In this document: in pieces, positions 16,646-25,732 of the stretch | Position numbering within the stretch: position 1 is the first letter of the stretch | Layout of the letters: the number at the start of each line of letters is the position of its first letter | Origin: Alphaproteobacteria bacterium | Lineage (GTDB): Bacteria > Vulcanimicrobiota > Vulcanimicrobiia > Vulcanimicrobiales > Vulcanimicrobiaceae | Assembly (NCBI GenBank): GCA_035523815.1 | Contig: DATKPZ010000037.1 | Coordinates: 1-36,253, forward strand | Length of the DNA: 36,253 nucleotides | Direction: 5' to 3' | Position numbers and translations under genes: made by a program | The notes under the pieces: model-generated | Databases searched by the model: none | What the model saw: the letters and a program-made list of their open reading frames with translations, nothing else | What the model was told of the DNA's origin: nothing

Positions 16646-18250
16646 TTAGTCCGCTATTTTAAAGATCCTGACGCGACGGTTCGGTTCGAGACCGGTGCTG
16701 CGCGACTGGAGACGATACTTCTCAGCCAGCTGATGCTGCATGCGCCGCACGTACGACGTTTGCGGCGAGAGTTCGATGGCTTGATTGGTGAGAAGCACCT
16801 GATACACGGCTTCCTCGGCTTCGCGCAGAGCGATCTCTTCGTGATCGATCGACCCCAGGTTAAAGACGTCGCGAAGCGCGCTCTGGATCTGGGTCGTCGT
16901 GTTGGTTTTGATCGAGTAGATCGGTACGTTGTCTGAAGCGATCTGCTTGAGCTTGGGCTGGCCCTTGCGCTCGAGCGTCTTGAGCGTCAGCACGACGTCG
17001 GCATCGTCCCAGTTGCGCGCGATCGACGCGTTTATCCGCAGATTGTGTACCGCGCGTTCGATTTTGTTGCGCGAAACGCCGTAGGGGAAGATCAAGAGCG
17101 GCTTGTCGGCCGAATCCTCGTGCTGCTCGTGGTGATGATGCTCGAGCGACTCCGTGAGCTGCGGCATCGACTCGGTATCGGCTTCTTGCAGGATTGCAAC
17201 GTCGCCGCTTGCGGTGCGCTGGCGAATCTCGGGCTGAGGCTGATAGCCGCGCAGAAGCGCATCGACGACGTCGGCGACGTTCTTGTGAATTGCCAGGCGG
17301 TCACGATCCTGAATTTCGACCAAAAGATCGAACGTCGGCGGAGCTTTGCGTTCGAGCACGGTCTTGCGCGTGCCGCGACGGCGCGCTTCCTCGTCAGAAA
17401 GCGTTACGGCGCTGATGCCCCCGAGCAAATCCGAGAGCGTCGGATTCATCAGGAGATTCTCGAGCGTTTGGCCGTGCGCCGTGCCGATCAGCGTTACGCC
17501 GCGCTCGGCAATCGTCCGGGCCGCCCCGGCTTCCATTTCGGTCCCGATCTCGTCGATCACGATCACTTCGGGCATGTGATTTTCCACCGCCTCGATCATC
17601 ACCGCGTGCTGCAGCGCCGGATCGGCGACTTGCATGCGCCGCGCGAGGCCGATGCCGGGATGCGGAATATCCGAATCGCCCGCAATTTCGTTGGAGGTAT
17701 CGACGATCACGACGCGCTTGCGGTCTTCGGAAAGAATGCGCGCGCACTCGCGCAACATCGTGGTTTTTCCGACGCCCGGCCGTCCAAGCAAACAAATGGA
17801 CTTGCCGCTGCGCAGGACGTCGAGCAAGATATCGATCGTCCCGTACACGGCTCGACCGACGCGACACGTTAGCCCGACGATCTTACCTTGACGATTGCGA
17901 ATCGCGCTGATGCGATGCAGCGTCTGCTCGATGCCGGCTCGATTGTCAGGCCCGAATTGCGAAATGCGCGAACAAACGTGCCCGATGTCTTCGTTGGTGA
18001 CCGGCGTCTCGGAGAGATAGCGAAAGTCGTTAGCAAATCGCGCCTCGGGCGGGCGCCCCAGGTCGAGTACGACTTCGATGATGTCTTCGAGGTTGTGGAG
18101 CCGCACGAGCGACTGCCGGATGGGGAGTGGGAAGATGTCGAGGAGCTGTGAGAGTTCCCAGCTCGGGGAAACGGACTGCGCTTTAACGGCCAACGCGTTC
18201 CTCGCCTCCAAGGGTGACACGGTTCGTCCGGCCTCCGGCCGGCCGCGCAT
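16646..18250 (-). CDS. AAA-type ATPase with C-terminal R3H nucleic-acid-binding domain (Ycf45/SpoIIIAA-like)
   Basis: Walker A LLGRPGVGKTT, Walker B VIVIDEIG, VDTSNEIAG...PHPGIG block. The C-terminal RRMQH...GLEPNRRVRIFK fits the R3H pattern. Confidence 0.75.
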   Translation of the reverse strand: MRGRPEAGRTVSPLEARNALAVKAQSVSPSWELSQLLDIFPLPIRQSLVRLHNLEDIIEVVLDLGRPPEARFANDFRYLSETPVTNEDIGHVCSRISQFGPDNRAGIEQTLHRISAIRNRQGKIVGLTCRVGRAVYGTIDILLDVLRSGKSICLLGRPGVGKTTMLRECARILSEDRKRVVIVDTSNEIAGDSDIPHPGIGLARRMQVADPALQHAVMIEAVENHMPEVIVIDEIGTEMEAGAARTIAERGVTLIGTAHGQTLENLLMNPTLSDLLGGISAVTLSDEEARRRGTRKTVLERKAPPTFDLLVEIQDRDRLAIHKNVADVVDALLRGYQPQPEIRQRTASGDVAILQEADTESMPQLTESLEHHHHEQHEDSADKPLLIFPYGVSRNKIERAVHNLRINASIARNWDDADVVLTLKTLERKGQPKLKQIASDNVPIYSIKTNTTTQIQSALRDVFNLGSIDHEEIALREAEEAVYQVLLTNQAIELSPQTSYVRRMQHQLAEKYRLQSRSTGLEPNRRVRIFKIAD

Positions 18251-18367
18251 CCTGCGCTACGAACCTCGATCCGCATCCTGCGGATTCCTGTGGATACTTA
18301 CCCACAACGGCACGCTCGCCCTCCCACATCTTGGGTCGGGCGCCTAACCAACCACTACGGAGCGTGT

Positions 18368-18763
18368 TTAACCCGGGGTACCCTGGTGCGCTTTGAACGT
18401 ATATCGACGTCCATGCACGGTCGCGGTACCACTAAATAACGGCCCCTCGAGCGTCCCTCGGAACGACAACGGGCCGATGATCAAGTTCGCGCGGCCGGAG
18501 GAGTCGACGCCGCCGCTCACCGGCACGTTGCGCCGATTGTAGAGCGGGGCGCCGGGTTTGATCGACGTGTCCGTGTAGGTTCCGCTGATGATGCCGTGAT
18601 TGAAGTTGAGCTTCATCGTCCCCGAATCCGGCGCGGCATTCGAATTCACCGGCGTAAACGCGGCGACGTAAGGAACGTCGCGGGCGACGCTGTGGGCCGA
18701 CATCGCCAGCGTCAGCCCGAGTAGGAGCAGCGAGAGAATACGGCTGGAAGTAATCATGGCCAT
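18368..18763 (-). CDS. small exported protein, unknown function (start ATG 18763 or 18757)
   Basis: Signal-peptide-like N-terminus ITSSRILSLLLLGLTLAMSAHS followed by a beta-rich Gly/Ser/Thr body. Starts 10 nt after the decarboxylase stop. Confidence 0.55.
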   Translation of the reverse strand: MAMITSSRILSLLLLGLTLAMSAHSVARDVPYVAAFTPVNSNAAPDSGTMKLNFNHGIISGTYTDTSIKPGAPLYNRRNVPVSGGVDSSGRANLIIGPLSFRGTLEGPLFSGTATVHGRRYTFKAHQGTPG

Positions 18764-18773
18764 ATCCTACCGC

Positions 18774-20300
18774 TTATTCGCAAACGACGCGAATTTTGCG
18801 CAGCTGGTCGTCGTATGGACCTTGAATTCGCACGCCCGCTTTGAGCTCGAGGCGCAGGTAGTCGATCAATTCGGGAGTGATCTCCTCGCCCGGCGAGAGC
18901 ACCGGGATACCGGGCGGATAGGGTGAGATCGTTTCCGCGCAGATGCGCCCCGCCGACTTGCGGAAGTCGACGAACTCGGTGTCGGCCAGAAATGCTTCGC
19001 GCGGCAGCATGCGCATCGGGGGAATCTGCGGCATGCGGTACGTGCCGCGCTTGAGCCGCTGCTCCAAAATGCCCGAGGGCGCGTACATGTCGAGGGGGCG
19101 ATCCTCGCGCGCCATCTCTTCGAAGGCGCTTACCAGCTTTTCGGCGGCCTCAGGCGTCGTGCCGATCGTAAAGAGCGCGACGATATTGAAGAGATCCGCA
19201 AGCTCGACTTGAATGTTGTAGCGTCTGCGCAGGAGCTCGGACGCTTCGTACCCCGTGTACCCCAGACCCGTCACGCGCACGGTCATCTTCGTCGGATCCA
19301 AATCGAAGACGCCCTCGCGCCCTTGGATCTCTTCACCGAACGAATACACGCCCTCGATTTGGTTGAGCCTGCGGCGCGTCTCCTGTGCGAGATCGATCGT
19401 TTGCGAGAGAAGCGCCGCGCCTTGCGTTGCCATCTGCATGCGCGCCACGTCGAGTGAAGCGACCATCGGCAGATTGGGCGAGGTCGAGAGAAACATCTTG
19501 AGGACGGCCTTGAGTCGATCCAGACGCACCCGGTCGCCGATTTGGTGCAGCATCGCGCACTGCGAAAATGCCGAGAGCATCTTGTGCGTGGAATTGATCG
19601 AGAGATCCGCGCCGGCTTGCGTTGCCGAGAGCGGGAGCGCCGGATGGAATTGGAAGTGCGGACCCCAGGCCTCGTCCACCAACAGCAGCTTCCCCGCATC
19701 GTGCGTGATGCGCTCGATCGAAGCGAGATCGGCCGCCACGCCGTAGTAGGTCGGCGAAACCAGGTAAATCGCTTTGAGATCCGGATGCTCGGCGATCGTG
19801 CGCGCCACCGTTTCCGGCGTCACCGCGTTGTCCATGTGCATCTCTTGATCGACTGCCGGCTGCATGTAGATCGGATGCGCGCCGCTCATGACGAGGCCGC
19901 CGAGCATGGACTTGTGCGAGTTGCGCGGCACGGCGATCTTCTCGCCCGGATTCAACGCGGCCATCATCATGCACTGATTGCCGCTGGTCGAGCCATTGAT
20001 CAAGAAAAACGTGTGATCCGCGCCGTACGCCTCCGCCGCCAGCTCTTGCGCCTCTTTGATCGACTCGGTGGGCTGGAGCAAATCGTCGATGCCCGGCATG
20101 GGGGTAAGATCGATGGCTAGGATGTTGTCGCCGACGAACTCGCGGAACGAAAGTTCGGCTCCACGCCCCTGCATGTGGCCGGGCGTGTGGAACGGCAGAA
20201 CGCCCGAGTCGACGTACTCGAGCAAGGCCTGGAAATACGGGGTCTTGGTCTGGTCCAGGCTTGACGGGCGCCTGGCTCCCTCCACGCGTTGCGCGGTCAC
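18774..20300 (-). CDS. PLP-dependent Orn/Lys/Arg decarboxylase family protein (B. subtilis SpeA/YaaO type)
   Basis: LPFHTPGHMQGRG N-terminal motif and PLP-lysine motif STHKML, 508 aa. GTG 20300 overlaps the bioB stop as GTGA; GTG 20285 is an alternative start. Confidence 0.8.
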   Translation of the reverse strand: MTAQRVEGARRPSSLDQTKTPYFQALLEYVDSGVLPFHTPGHMQGRGAELSFREFVGDNILAIDLTPMPGIDDLLQPTESIKEAQELAAEAYGADHTFFLINGSTSGNQCMMMAALNPGEKIAVPRNSHKSMLGGLVMSGAHPIYMQPAVDQEMHMDNAVTPETVARTIAEHPDLKAIYLVSPTYYGVAADLASIERITHDAGKLLLVDEAWGPHFQFHPALPLSATQAGADLSINSTHKMLSAFSQCAMLHQIGDRVRLDRLKAVLKMFLSTSPNLPMVASLDVARMQMATQGAALLSQTIDLAQETRRRLNQIEGVYSFGEEIQGREGVFDLDPTKMTVRVTGLGYTGYEASELLRRRYNIQVELADLFNIVALFTIGTTPEAAEKLVSAFEEMAREDRPLDMYAPSGILEQRLKRGTYRMPQIPPMRMLPREAFLADTEFVDFRKSAGRICAETISPYPPGIPVLSPGEEITPELIDYLRLELKAGVRIQGPYDDQLRKIRVVCE

Positions 20301-21277
20301 GCCATTACTTCGAAACCGAGTCGATCGAGCATCGCGAAGTCATCTTGATCGCTGCGGCCACCCGTCGTCAAGTAGTTTCCGAGCACGATGCCGCTCGCGC
20401 CGCTGCGCATGCCCAGATCCTGAAGGCCCTGGAGCGTGATCTCGCGACCTCCGGCGAAGCGCACGAGCGCGCGCGGCAGCGCCAGCCGCGCCATCGCCAC
20501 GAAGCGCAGCGCCTCGACCGGTTCGACCAGCGACCGATCTTGGAACGGCGTGCCCGGACGCGGATTAAGAAAGTTTATGGGAACCTCTTCGGGCGCAAGC
20601 TCCTGGAGCGTGCACAGAAAATCGATGCGATCCTCAGCCGTCTCGCCCATGCCGATGATCCCACCGCAGCACACTTCGAGTCCGGCGCTCCGCACGAGCT
20701 GCAGCGTCGCCATCCGCTCGTCGAACGTGTGCGTCGTGCAGACCGACGGGAAGTAGCGGCGCGAGGTTTCGAGGTTGTGGTTGACCTTGTCTACGCCGGC
20801 GGCTACGAGCTGCGCGACTTGATCGTCGCGCAAGATGCCGAGCGACACCGCGACCTTAAGAGGCAGCTCCGCCTTGATGGCGCGAACCGATTCGCAGACG
20901 CGCTCGAGCAGGCGCGTCGAGGGACCGCGTACCGCGACGACGATGCAAAATTCACCCGCACCGCGGACGTGCGCATCGCGCGCCGCCGCAACGAAGCTCT
21001 CCACGCTCGCGAGCGTTTCGGGTTCGACGTCGCTCGCAAAGCGCGCGCTCTGCGAGCAAAAGTGACAATCCTCCGAACAGCCGCCTTTCTTGGCGTTGTA
21101 GAGCACCTCGACGGCTATCCCGTTGCCGCAATACGCCGCGCGCGCGTCGTCGGCGAGCGCCAGAAGATCCGGAACGTCGTCGTCGGGCAGTCCGGCGAGC
21201 GCTTCCAGCAGCGTCCGATCGGCGGGGAGTCCGCGGTCGATCACGCGCTCGCGCGCGTCCACTATAGTCGGGTGCAA
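20297..21277 (-). CDS. bioB: biotin synthase
   Basis: Radical-SAM CSEDCHFC, VNHNLETS, GGIIGMGE. TTG start 21277 has GAGGA 5 nt upstream. Confidence 0.92.
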   Translation of the reverse strand: MHPTIVDARERVIDRGLPADRTLLEALAGLPDDDVPDLLALADDARAAYCGNGIAVEVLYNAKKGGCSEDCHFCSQSARFASDVEPETLASVESFVAAARDAHVRGAGEFCIVVAVRGPSTRLLERVCESVRAIKAELPLKVAVSLGILRDDQVAQLVAAGVDKVNHNLETSRRYFPSVCTTHTFDERMATLQLVRSAGLEVCCGGIIGMGETAEDRIDFLCTLQELAPEEVPINFLNPRPGTPFQDRSLVEPVEALRFVAMARLALPRALVRFAGGREITLQGLQDLGMRSGASGIVLGNYLTTGGRSDQDDFAMLDRLGFEVMA

Positions 21278-21290
21278 GGGTGTCCTCGTG

Positions 21291-21938
21291 CTAGGTAAAG
21301 TACGGTGCGAAGATCTGCGCGCCCGTCTTCACCGAGGCCGCCTCGTCTTCGTCAAACGGCAGAATGCCAAGAATCTTGACCTTTCCCTGCAGCGTTCGCT
21401 CGACGTCGGCGCGATAGTGATCGTCGGTCGGCCCCCAGCGCTCGACGAGGACGGCGCCCACCAGCCGGATCCCGGCCTGCTGGCATTGATTGGCGGTCAG
21501 CAGCGCGTGATTGACGCAGCCGAGTTTGAGGCCGATCGTGAGCACGGTGTCGAACTTCCCGAGCACGGCAATGTTTCCGAAGTGCTCGCGCGCGTTGAGC
21601 GGGACCATCAGTCCTCCCGCACCTTCGGTGACCAGCCCGTTGTCGAGGTGCGCAACCGCCTCAACCAGCTCGCTCGCGTGAACTTCCGGTTGGCCCGAAG
21701 CAAGCGCCGCCGACCACGGATCTGCGGCCTTCTCGAAACGTGCGAGCTCGAGCGAACGAACACCCGAGAGCTTTCCGGCCCGCGCGGCGTCGCCGGGGAT
21801 TCCGGGGGCAAGGCCGGTCTGGACGAACTTCACGATCGTCGGCGTCATGCCGGCGTTTTTGAGCGCAAGCGCGAGGGACGCGGTTACGCGCGTCTTGCCG
21901 ACGTCGGTGTCGGTGCCGGTTACAAAGTAACGATGCAT
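21291..21938 (-). CDS. bioD: dethiobiotin synthetase
   Basis: MHRYFVTGTDTDVGKT P-loop, EGAGG motif, 215 aa. Confidence 0.88.
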   Translation of the reverse strand: MHRYFVTGTDTDVGKTRVTASLALALKNAGMTPTIVKFVQTGLAPGIPGDAARAGKLSGVRSLELARFEKAADPWSAALASGQPEVHASELVEAVAHLDNGLVTEGAGGLMVPLNAREHFGNIAVLGKFDTVLTIGLKLGCVNHALLTANQCQQAGIRLVGAVLVERWGPTDDHYRADVERTLQGKVKILGILPFDEDEAASVKTGAQIFAPYFT

Positions 21939-23020
21939 TTCGCCAGTCCTTGTACGAGCAGGTCGATGTGTTCCCGCTGATGATCCGCCCGCACCGAAAG
22001 CCGAAGCCGCGAGCTGCCCGGCGGAACGGTGGGCGGCCGGATCGCCGGCGCATAGATGTTCATGCTTTCGAGGCCGCGCGCGATTTCCACCGCGCGCTCC
22101 TCGCTTCCGAGCACGACCGGAACGACCGGCGAGAGGTCGTCGATGGCGGCAAAGCCGAGCGAGCGCAGGCCGGCACGCAGCCGTGCGACGTTTTCATGCA
22201 AATGCTCGCGCGCCGCATCGGCTCGACGAACGAGCGTGAGCGCAACGCGCGAGGCAAGCGCTACCGCGGGCGGCATGGCCGTATCGAAGATGAACGGGCG
22301 CGCTTGATTGACGAGCAAATCGATCAACACGGCGGGCCCCGCGATGAAGCCCCCCTGCGCACCGAACGATTTGGAAAGCGTGCCCATGACGACGACGCGC
22401 GGATCGGCGAGCGCACGCGCGCGCCCGGCCCCACGCGGTCCCGTAACCCCGAGGGCGTGGGCCTCATCGATCAACAGCACGTCGCCCTCGCCCAGATCGA
22501 CGAGCATGCGCTCGAGATCGACGGCGTCACCATCCATGCCGAAGATCGACTCGGTGACGATGAGTGCGTTGCCCCGTCGATGCGCGCGCGACGGCAATGC
22601 CGCGTGATCGTACACGAATCGCTCGACGTGCGTGCTGCGAATACCATCGATCAACGATGCGTGATTGAGCCGGTCGGAATAGATTCGATCGACCGTATGA
22701 CCCAAGACCGCGATCGCTCCGAGTGCTGCGTGATAGCCCGACGAGAAGAGCAGCACGCGCTCGCGACCGAGCCATTCCGCCAGCTCTTCTTCGAGCAGCG
22801 AGTGCTCGCGGTGACTTCCCCCCAGCAAACGCGCGCCCCCCGAACCGGCGCGCGTCGCGCGGCGAAACGCTTCGACCACCTGCGGGTCCCTCGCGAGGCC
22901 AAGATAGTCGTTCGATGAAAAATCCAGCTCGCCGAGCAGTCCGTGCGAACGCACTTCGCGGTACCGCCCCTGGGCTCGGATCTCGTCCAACAAGGCCGAC
23001 GCTCGATCCAAATAGGTCAA
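21920..23020 (-). CDS. bioF: 8-amino-7-oxononanoate synthase
   Basis: FSSNDYLGL, DEAHALG, PLP-lysine GTLSKSFG. The TTG start overlaps the bioA stop (TTGA). Confidence 0.88.
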   Translation of the reverse strand: MTYLDRASALLDEIRAQGRYREVRSHGLLGELDFSSNDYLGLARDPQVVEAFRRATRAGSGGARLLGGSHREHSLLEEELAEWLGRERVLLFSSGYHAALGAIAVLGHTVDRIYSDRLNHASLIDGIRSTHVERFVYDHAALPSRAHRRGNALIVTESIFGMDGDAVDLERMLVDLGEGDVLLIDEAHALGVTGPRGAGRARALADPRVVVMGTLSKSFGAQGGFIAGPAVLIDLLVNQARPFIFDTAMPPAVALASRVALTLVRRADAAREHLHENVARLRAGLRSLGFAAIDDLSPVVPVVLGSEERAVEIARGLESMNIYAPAIRPPTVPPGSSRLRLSVRADHQREHIDLLVQGLAKCIVTL

Positions 23021-24213
23021 CGCGTACGCTCCAGCGCTTCTGCGAACGCGTCGAAGAAGTCGTGTATCTCACCGTCGCTCGTGCACAGCGGCGGCACGAG
23101 CTGCACCACGGCACCGATGGGCCGAGTGAAGTGCCCTAGGTCGTAGAGCGCATTCGCGACCGGCCACGCGCGTGCGGCCTCCTGCAATTCTATTCCCATC
23201 ATCGTCCCGGCTTGCCGAATCTCGCGAACCGCCGGATGGTTGCGCAGAACGGCGGCGCGCTCGGAAGCGACGCGTTCGACGCTTCCGGCGCGCTCGAAGG
23301 TCCCTTCGCTTGCAAAGAGCTCGAGCGACGCCAGCGCCGCCGCACACGCAATGGGATTTCCGGCGTACGAATGTCCGTGAAAAAATTGCCGGTGCTCTTC
23401 CGGCGCTCCGAGAAAGGCTTGATAAACGCGTTCTCGGGCAAGCACCGCCGAGAGCGCCAGCGCGCCGCCCGTAATGCCTTTCCCCAAGCAGATGAGGTCG
23501 GGGCGAAGTTGCAACTGTTCGTACGCGAACATCGTCCCCGTACGTCCAAATCCGGTTGCGATCTCATCCACGATCACCAGCGGTGCGCAATCGCGCAGCG
23601 GAATATACTGCTCGGGCGAAACCAAACGGATCCCGGCTGCAGCCTGAACGATCGGTTCGACGATGACCGCTGCGACGTCGTCAGCTTCCAAGTCTTCCGC
23701 ATGCTCGTAGGTTCTGGTCTCAAAGGTGATCGCGCCGTAGTGAGATTTGAAGACCGCGATGCCCGAGACGCTCATCGCCGCAGCCGTGTCGCCGTGATAC
23801 GCGTCGACCAGGCGCAGGAATCGGGTACGGCGAGGCTCGCCGACGTGCTGCCAATAGTGAAGCGCCATTTTTATCGCCGCCTCAACCGCGCTCGCGCCGT
23901 CGCTCGCGAGGAAAGCGTAGTCGGTTTCGCAATACTCGCAGAGCGCCTGGGCGAGCGCCTCCGCCGGCAGATTCGTCGCCCCCAGCGTCGTCGCGTGATC
24001 GAGGGTCGCAGCCTGAAGCGCGATAGCGTCGACGATCGCCGGGTGAGAATGGCCGTGAATGATGGTCCAAATCGAACTCACGGCGTCAAAGACCCGGCGT
24101 CCGCGCGCGTCGAACAGGCTCGAACCGTCGCCGCGGACGAACGTCCGTGCACTCGCGTCGAAGGACTGCATCTGGGTGAACGGAAGCCAGAGGTGGGACA
24201 CCGCTTGAATCAT
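23017..24213 (-). CDS. bioA: adenosylmethionine-8-amino-7-oxononanoate aminotransferase
   Basis: HLWLPFTQM near the N-terminus (E. coli HIWHPYTSM), DEIATGFGRTG, PLP-lysine CLGKGITGG. ATG 24213 is chosen; the 114-codon upstream extension of the track ORF is antisense to the monooxygenase gene and Arg-rich. Confidence 0.9.
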   Translation of the reverse strand: MIQAVSHLWLPFTQMQSFDASARTFVRGDGSSLFDARGRRVFDAVSSIWTIIHGHSHPAIVDAIALQAATLDHATTLGATNLPAEALAQALCEYCETDYAFLASDGASAVEAAIKMALHYWQHVGEPRRTRFLRLVDAYHGDTAAAMSVSGIAVFKSHYGAITFETRTYEHAEDLEADDVAAVIVEPIVQAAAGIRLVSPEQYIPLRDCAPLVIVDEIATGFGRTGTMFAYEQLQLRPDLICLGKGITGGALALSAVLARERVYQAFLGAPEEHRQFFHGHSYAGNPIACAAALASLELFASEGTFERAGSVERVASERAAVLRNHPAVREIRQAGTMMGIELQEAARAWPVANALYDLGHFTRPIGAVVQLVPPLCTSDGEIHDFFDAFAEALERTR

Positions 24214-24231
24214 GGATCGAACGAGCTTCGC

Positions 24232-25725
24232 GTGGAAGCACCGGTAATCATCGTCGGTGGAGGGCCGGTAGGCCTTGCCCTCGCGCTCGGACTTGCGCGT
24301 TACGGCGCGAGATCGATGGTTCTCGAGCGCAACGCCGAGCCGGTCAAAGAGTCGCGCGCGGCGGTAATCTGGCCGCGGACGCAGGAGATCCTGCGCGATT
24401 GGGGCGCCTACGCGCCGCTGCGTGAAGCGGGCAGATTCACCCCCCTGCTCAAGGGCGTCAACGCGCGCACGCAGGCGACGTTCGTGACCGTCGATTTCTC
24501 GGCGATCGAAGATATTTTCGACGATCCCGGCGCGCTGATGCTGCCGCAGAACCACACCGAGCGAATTCTCCGCGAGCTGGTGAACGAAAAGCCCGAGTGC
24601 GAACTACGCACCGGCGTTACCGTCACCGGCCTCTCGCAGAGCCCAAGCGGCGTCGAGGTTTTCTTCGAGAGCTCGAACGGGCCGGGCAGTTTGCACGCGG
24701 CCTTCGTGGTCGGGTGCGACGGAGCGCACGGCGTGGTCCGATCGGCCATCGGACTGACCTTGCAAGGGATGACGTACGACGCGCGAGTCGTGCTGAGCGA
24801 CGAGACGGTCGACGCGGATATCCCGCCCGAGGTGACCGCGCGCATGCGTTTCGACCAGCCGGGACTTCGCGGCGCAATCCGGTTTGGCGACCGTTCCTGG
24901 CGCGTCATGGCTTCGGTCCCAAAAGAGCTCAGCGACGAGGATGCGCTCTCGTCGATCGCCCATCGCGAGCGGGTGCGCGATTTATTCGGTGACGCACCGT
25001 TCGAAACGCAGTGGAGCAGTCTATTCAAGATTCACCGGCGTCACGCACGGCGCTTCGTCGTGGGCCGCGTGATCCTGGCGGGCGACGCGGCGCATTTGAA
25101 TAGCCCCGCCGGCGGACAAGGCATGAACGCGGGGATTCAGGATGCGGGAAACCTCGCCTGGAAACTCGCCTTCGCCGTTCGCAGCGAACGTTGCGCCGAA
25201 CCGCTGCTCGCGAGCTACGATCCCGAACGCCGCGAGATCATTACCGATACGGTGGAGCGCATTACCGACCGTATTACCCGCTTGGGCATTACGTTTCCGA
25301 TGCGCGTGCGGCAGTTCGCGCTACGCACGTTCGCGCGCGCGATCCGCGGCCGCGGAATGCAGCGCAAACTCTGCCGAGGGATCGGGATGCTCAACGGGCG
25401 TTACAGTTCCTCGCCGATCATCGACAATCGCCATCCGCTCGCGGGCCGGCGCATCGACGATCTGCGCCTCGCGGACGGATCGCGGATCAACCTTCGCCGC
25501 GCGGGTGAGGCTATTTTGATCGTCGCCGGCGATTTTGCTTTGGACCTCCCGCATGTACGAGTGGAGGCGCCGCCGAAGCGCTGGCACGTGAAACCGCCGG
25601 TTGTCCTCATCGTGCGCCCCGACGGCTGCGTTGCCTCGGTCGTCGAAAAGCCGACTCGCGCACGCGTCGAAAGTGCTTGGCGCCGCGCATTTTGCGACGC
25701 GGTTCCGTTGCCGGTTCTCGCGTAA
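24232..25725 (+). CDS. FAD-dependent aromatic-ring-type monooxygenase (PheA/TfdB/UbiH-like)
   Basis: VIIVGGGPVGLALALGL Rossmann motif, GCDGAHGVVRS, GDAAHLNSPAGGQGMNAGIQDAGNLAWKL. Start is GTG 24232, or TTG 24205 with AGGTGG 8 nt upstream. The 5' 1 kb of track ORF 23212 is the antisense shadow of bioA. Confidence 0.8.
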   Translation: MEAPVIIVGGGPVGLALALGLARYGARSMVLERNAEPVKESRAAVIWPRTQEILRDWGAYAPLREAGRFTPLLKGVNARTQATFVTVDFSAIEDIFDDPGALMLPQNHTERILRELVNEKPECELRTGVTVTGLSQSPSGVEVFFESSNGPGSLHAAFVVGCDGAHGVVRSAIGLTLQGMTYDARVVLSDETVDADIPPEVTARMRFDQPGLRGAIRFGDRSWRVMASVPKELSDEDALSSIAHRERVRDLFGDAPFETQWSSLFKIHRRHARRFVVGRVILAGDAAHLNSPAGGQGMNAGIQDAGNLAWKLAFAVRSERCAEPLLASYDPERREIITDTVERITDRITRLGITFPMRVRQFALRTFARAIRGRGMQRKLCRGIGMLNGRYSSSPIIDNRHPLAGRRIDDLRLADGSRINLRRAGEAILIVAGDFALDLPHVRVEAPPKRWHVKPPVVLIVRPDGCVASVVEKPTRARVESAWRRAFCDAVPLPVLA

Positions 25726-25732
25726 CCGTCGG

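Noticed and set aside
23212-24231. The 5' third of the 837-aa plus-strand ORF, which would make a giant fusion protein ending in the FAD monooxygenase.
   Set aside because: This part is the antisense of bioA and has junk-like composition. The Rossmann GxGxxG that normally sits at the N-terminus begins only at about 24244. It is an accidental open frame.
24214-24400. Search for a BirA operator (inverted repeat of the TGTAAACC/TGTTAACC type) upstream of bioA.
   Set aside because: No such inverted repeat is visible. The region is coding sequence of the divergent monooxygenase.
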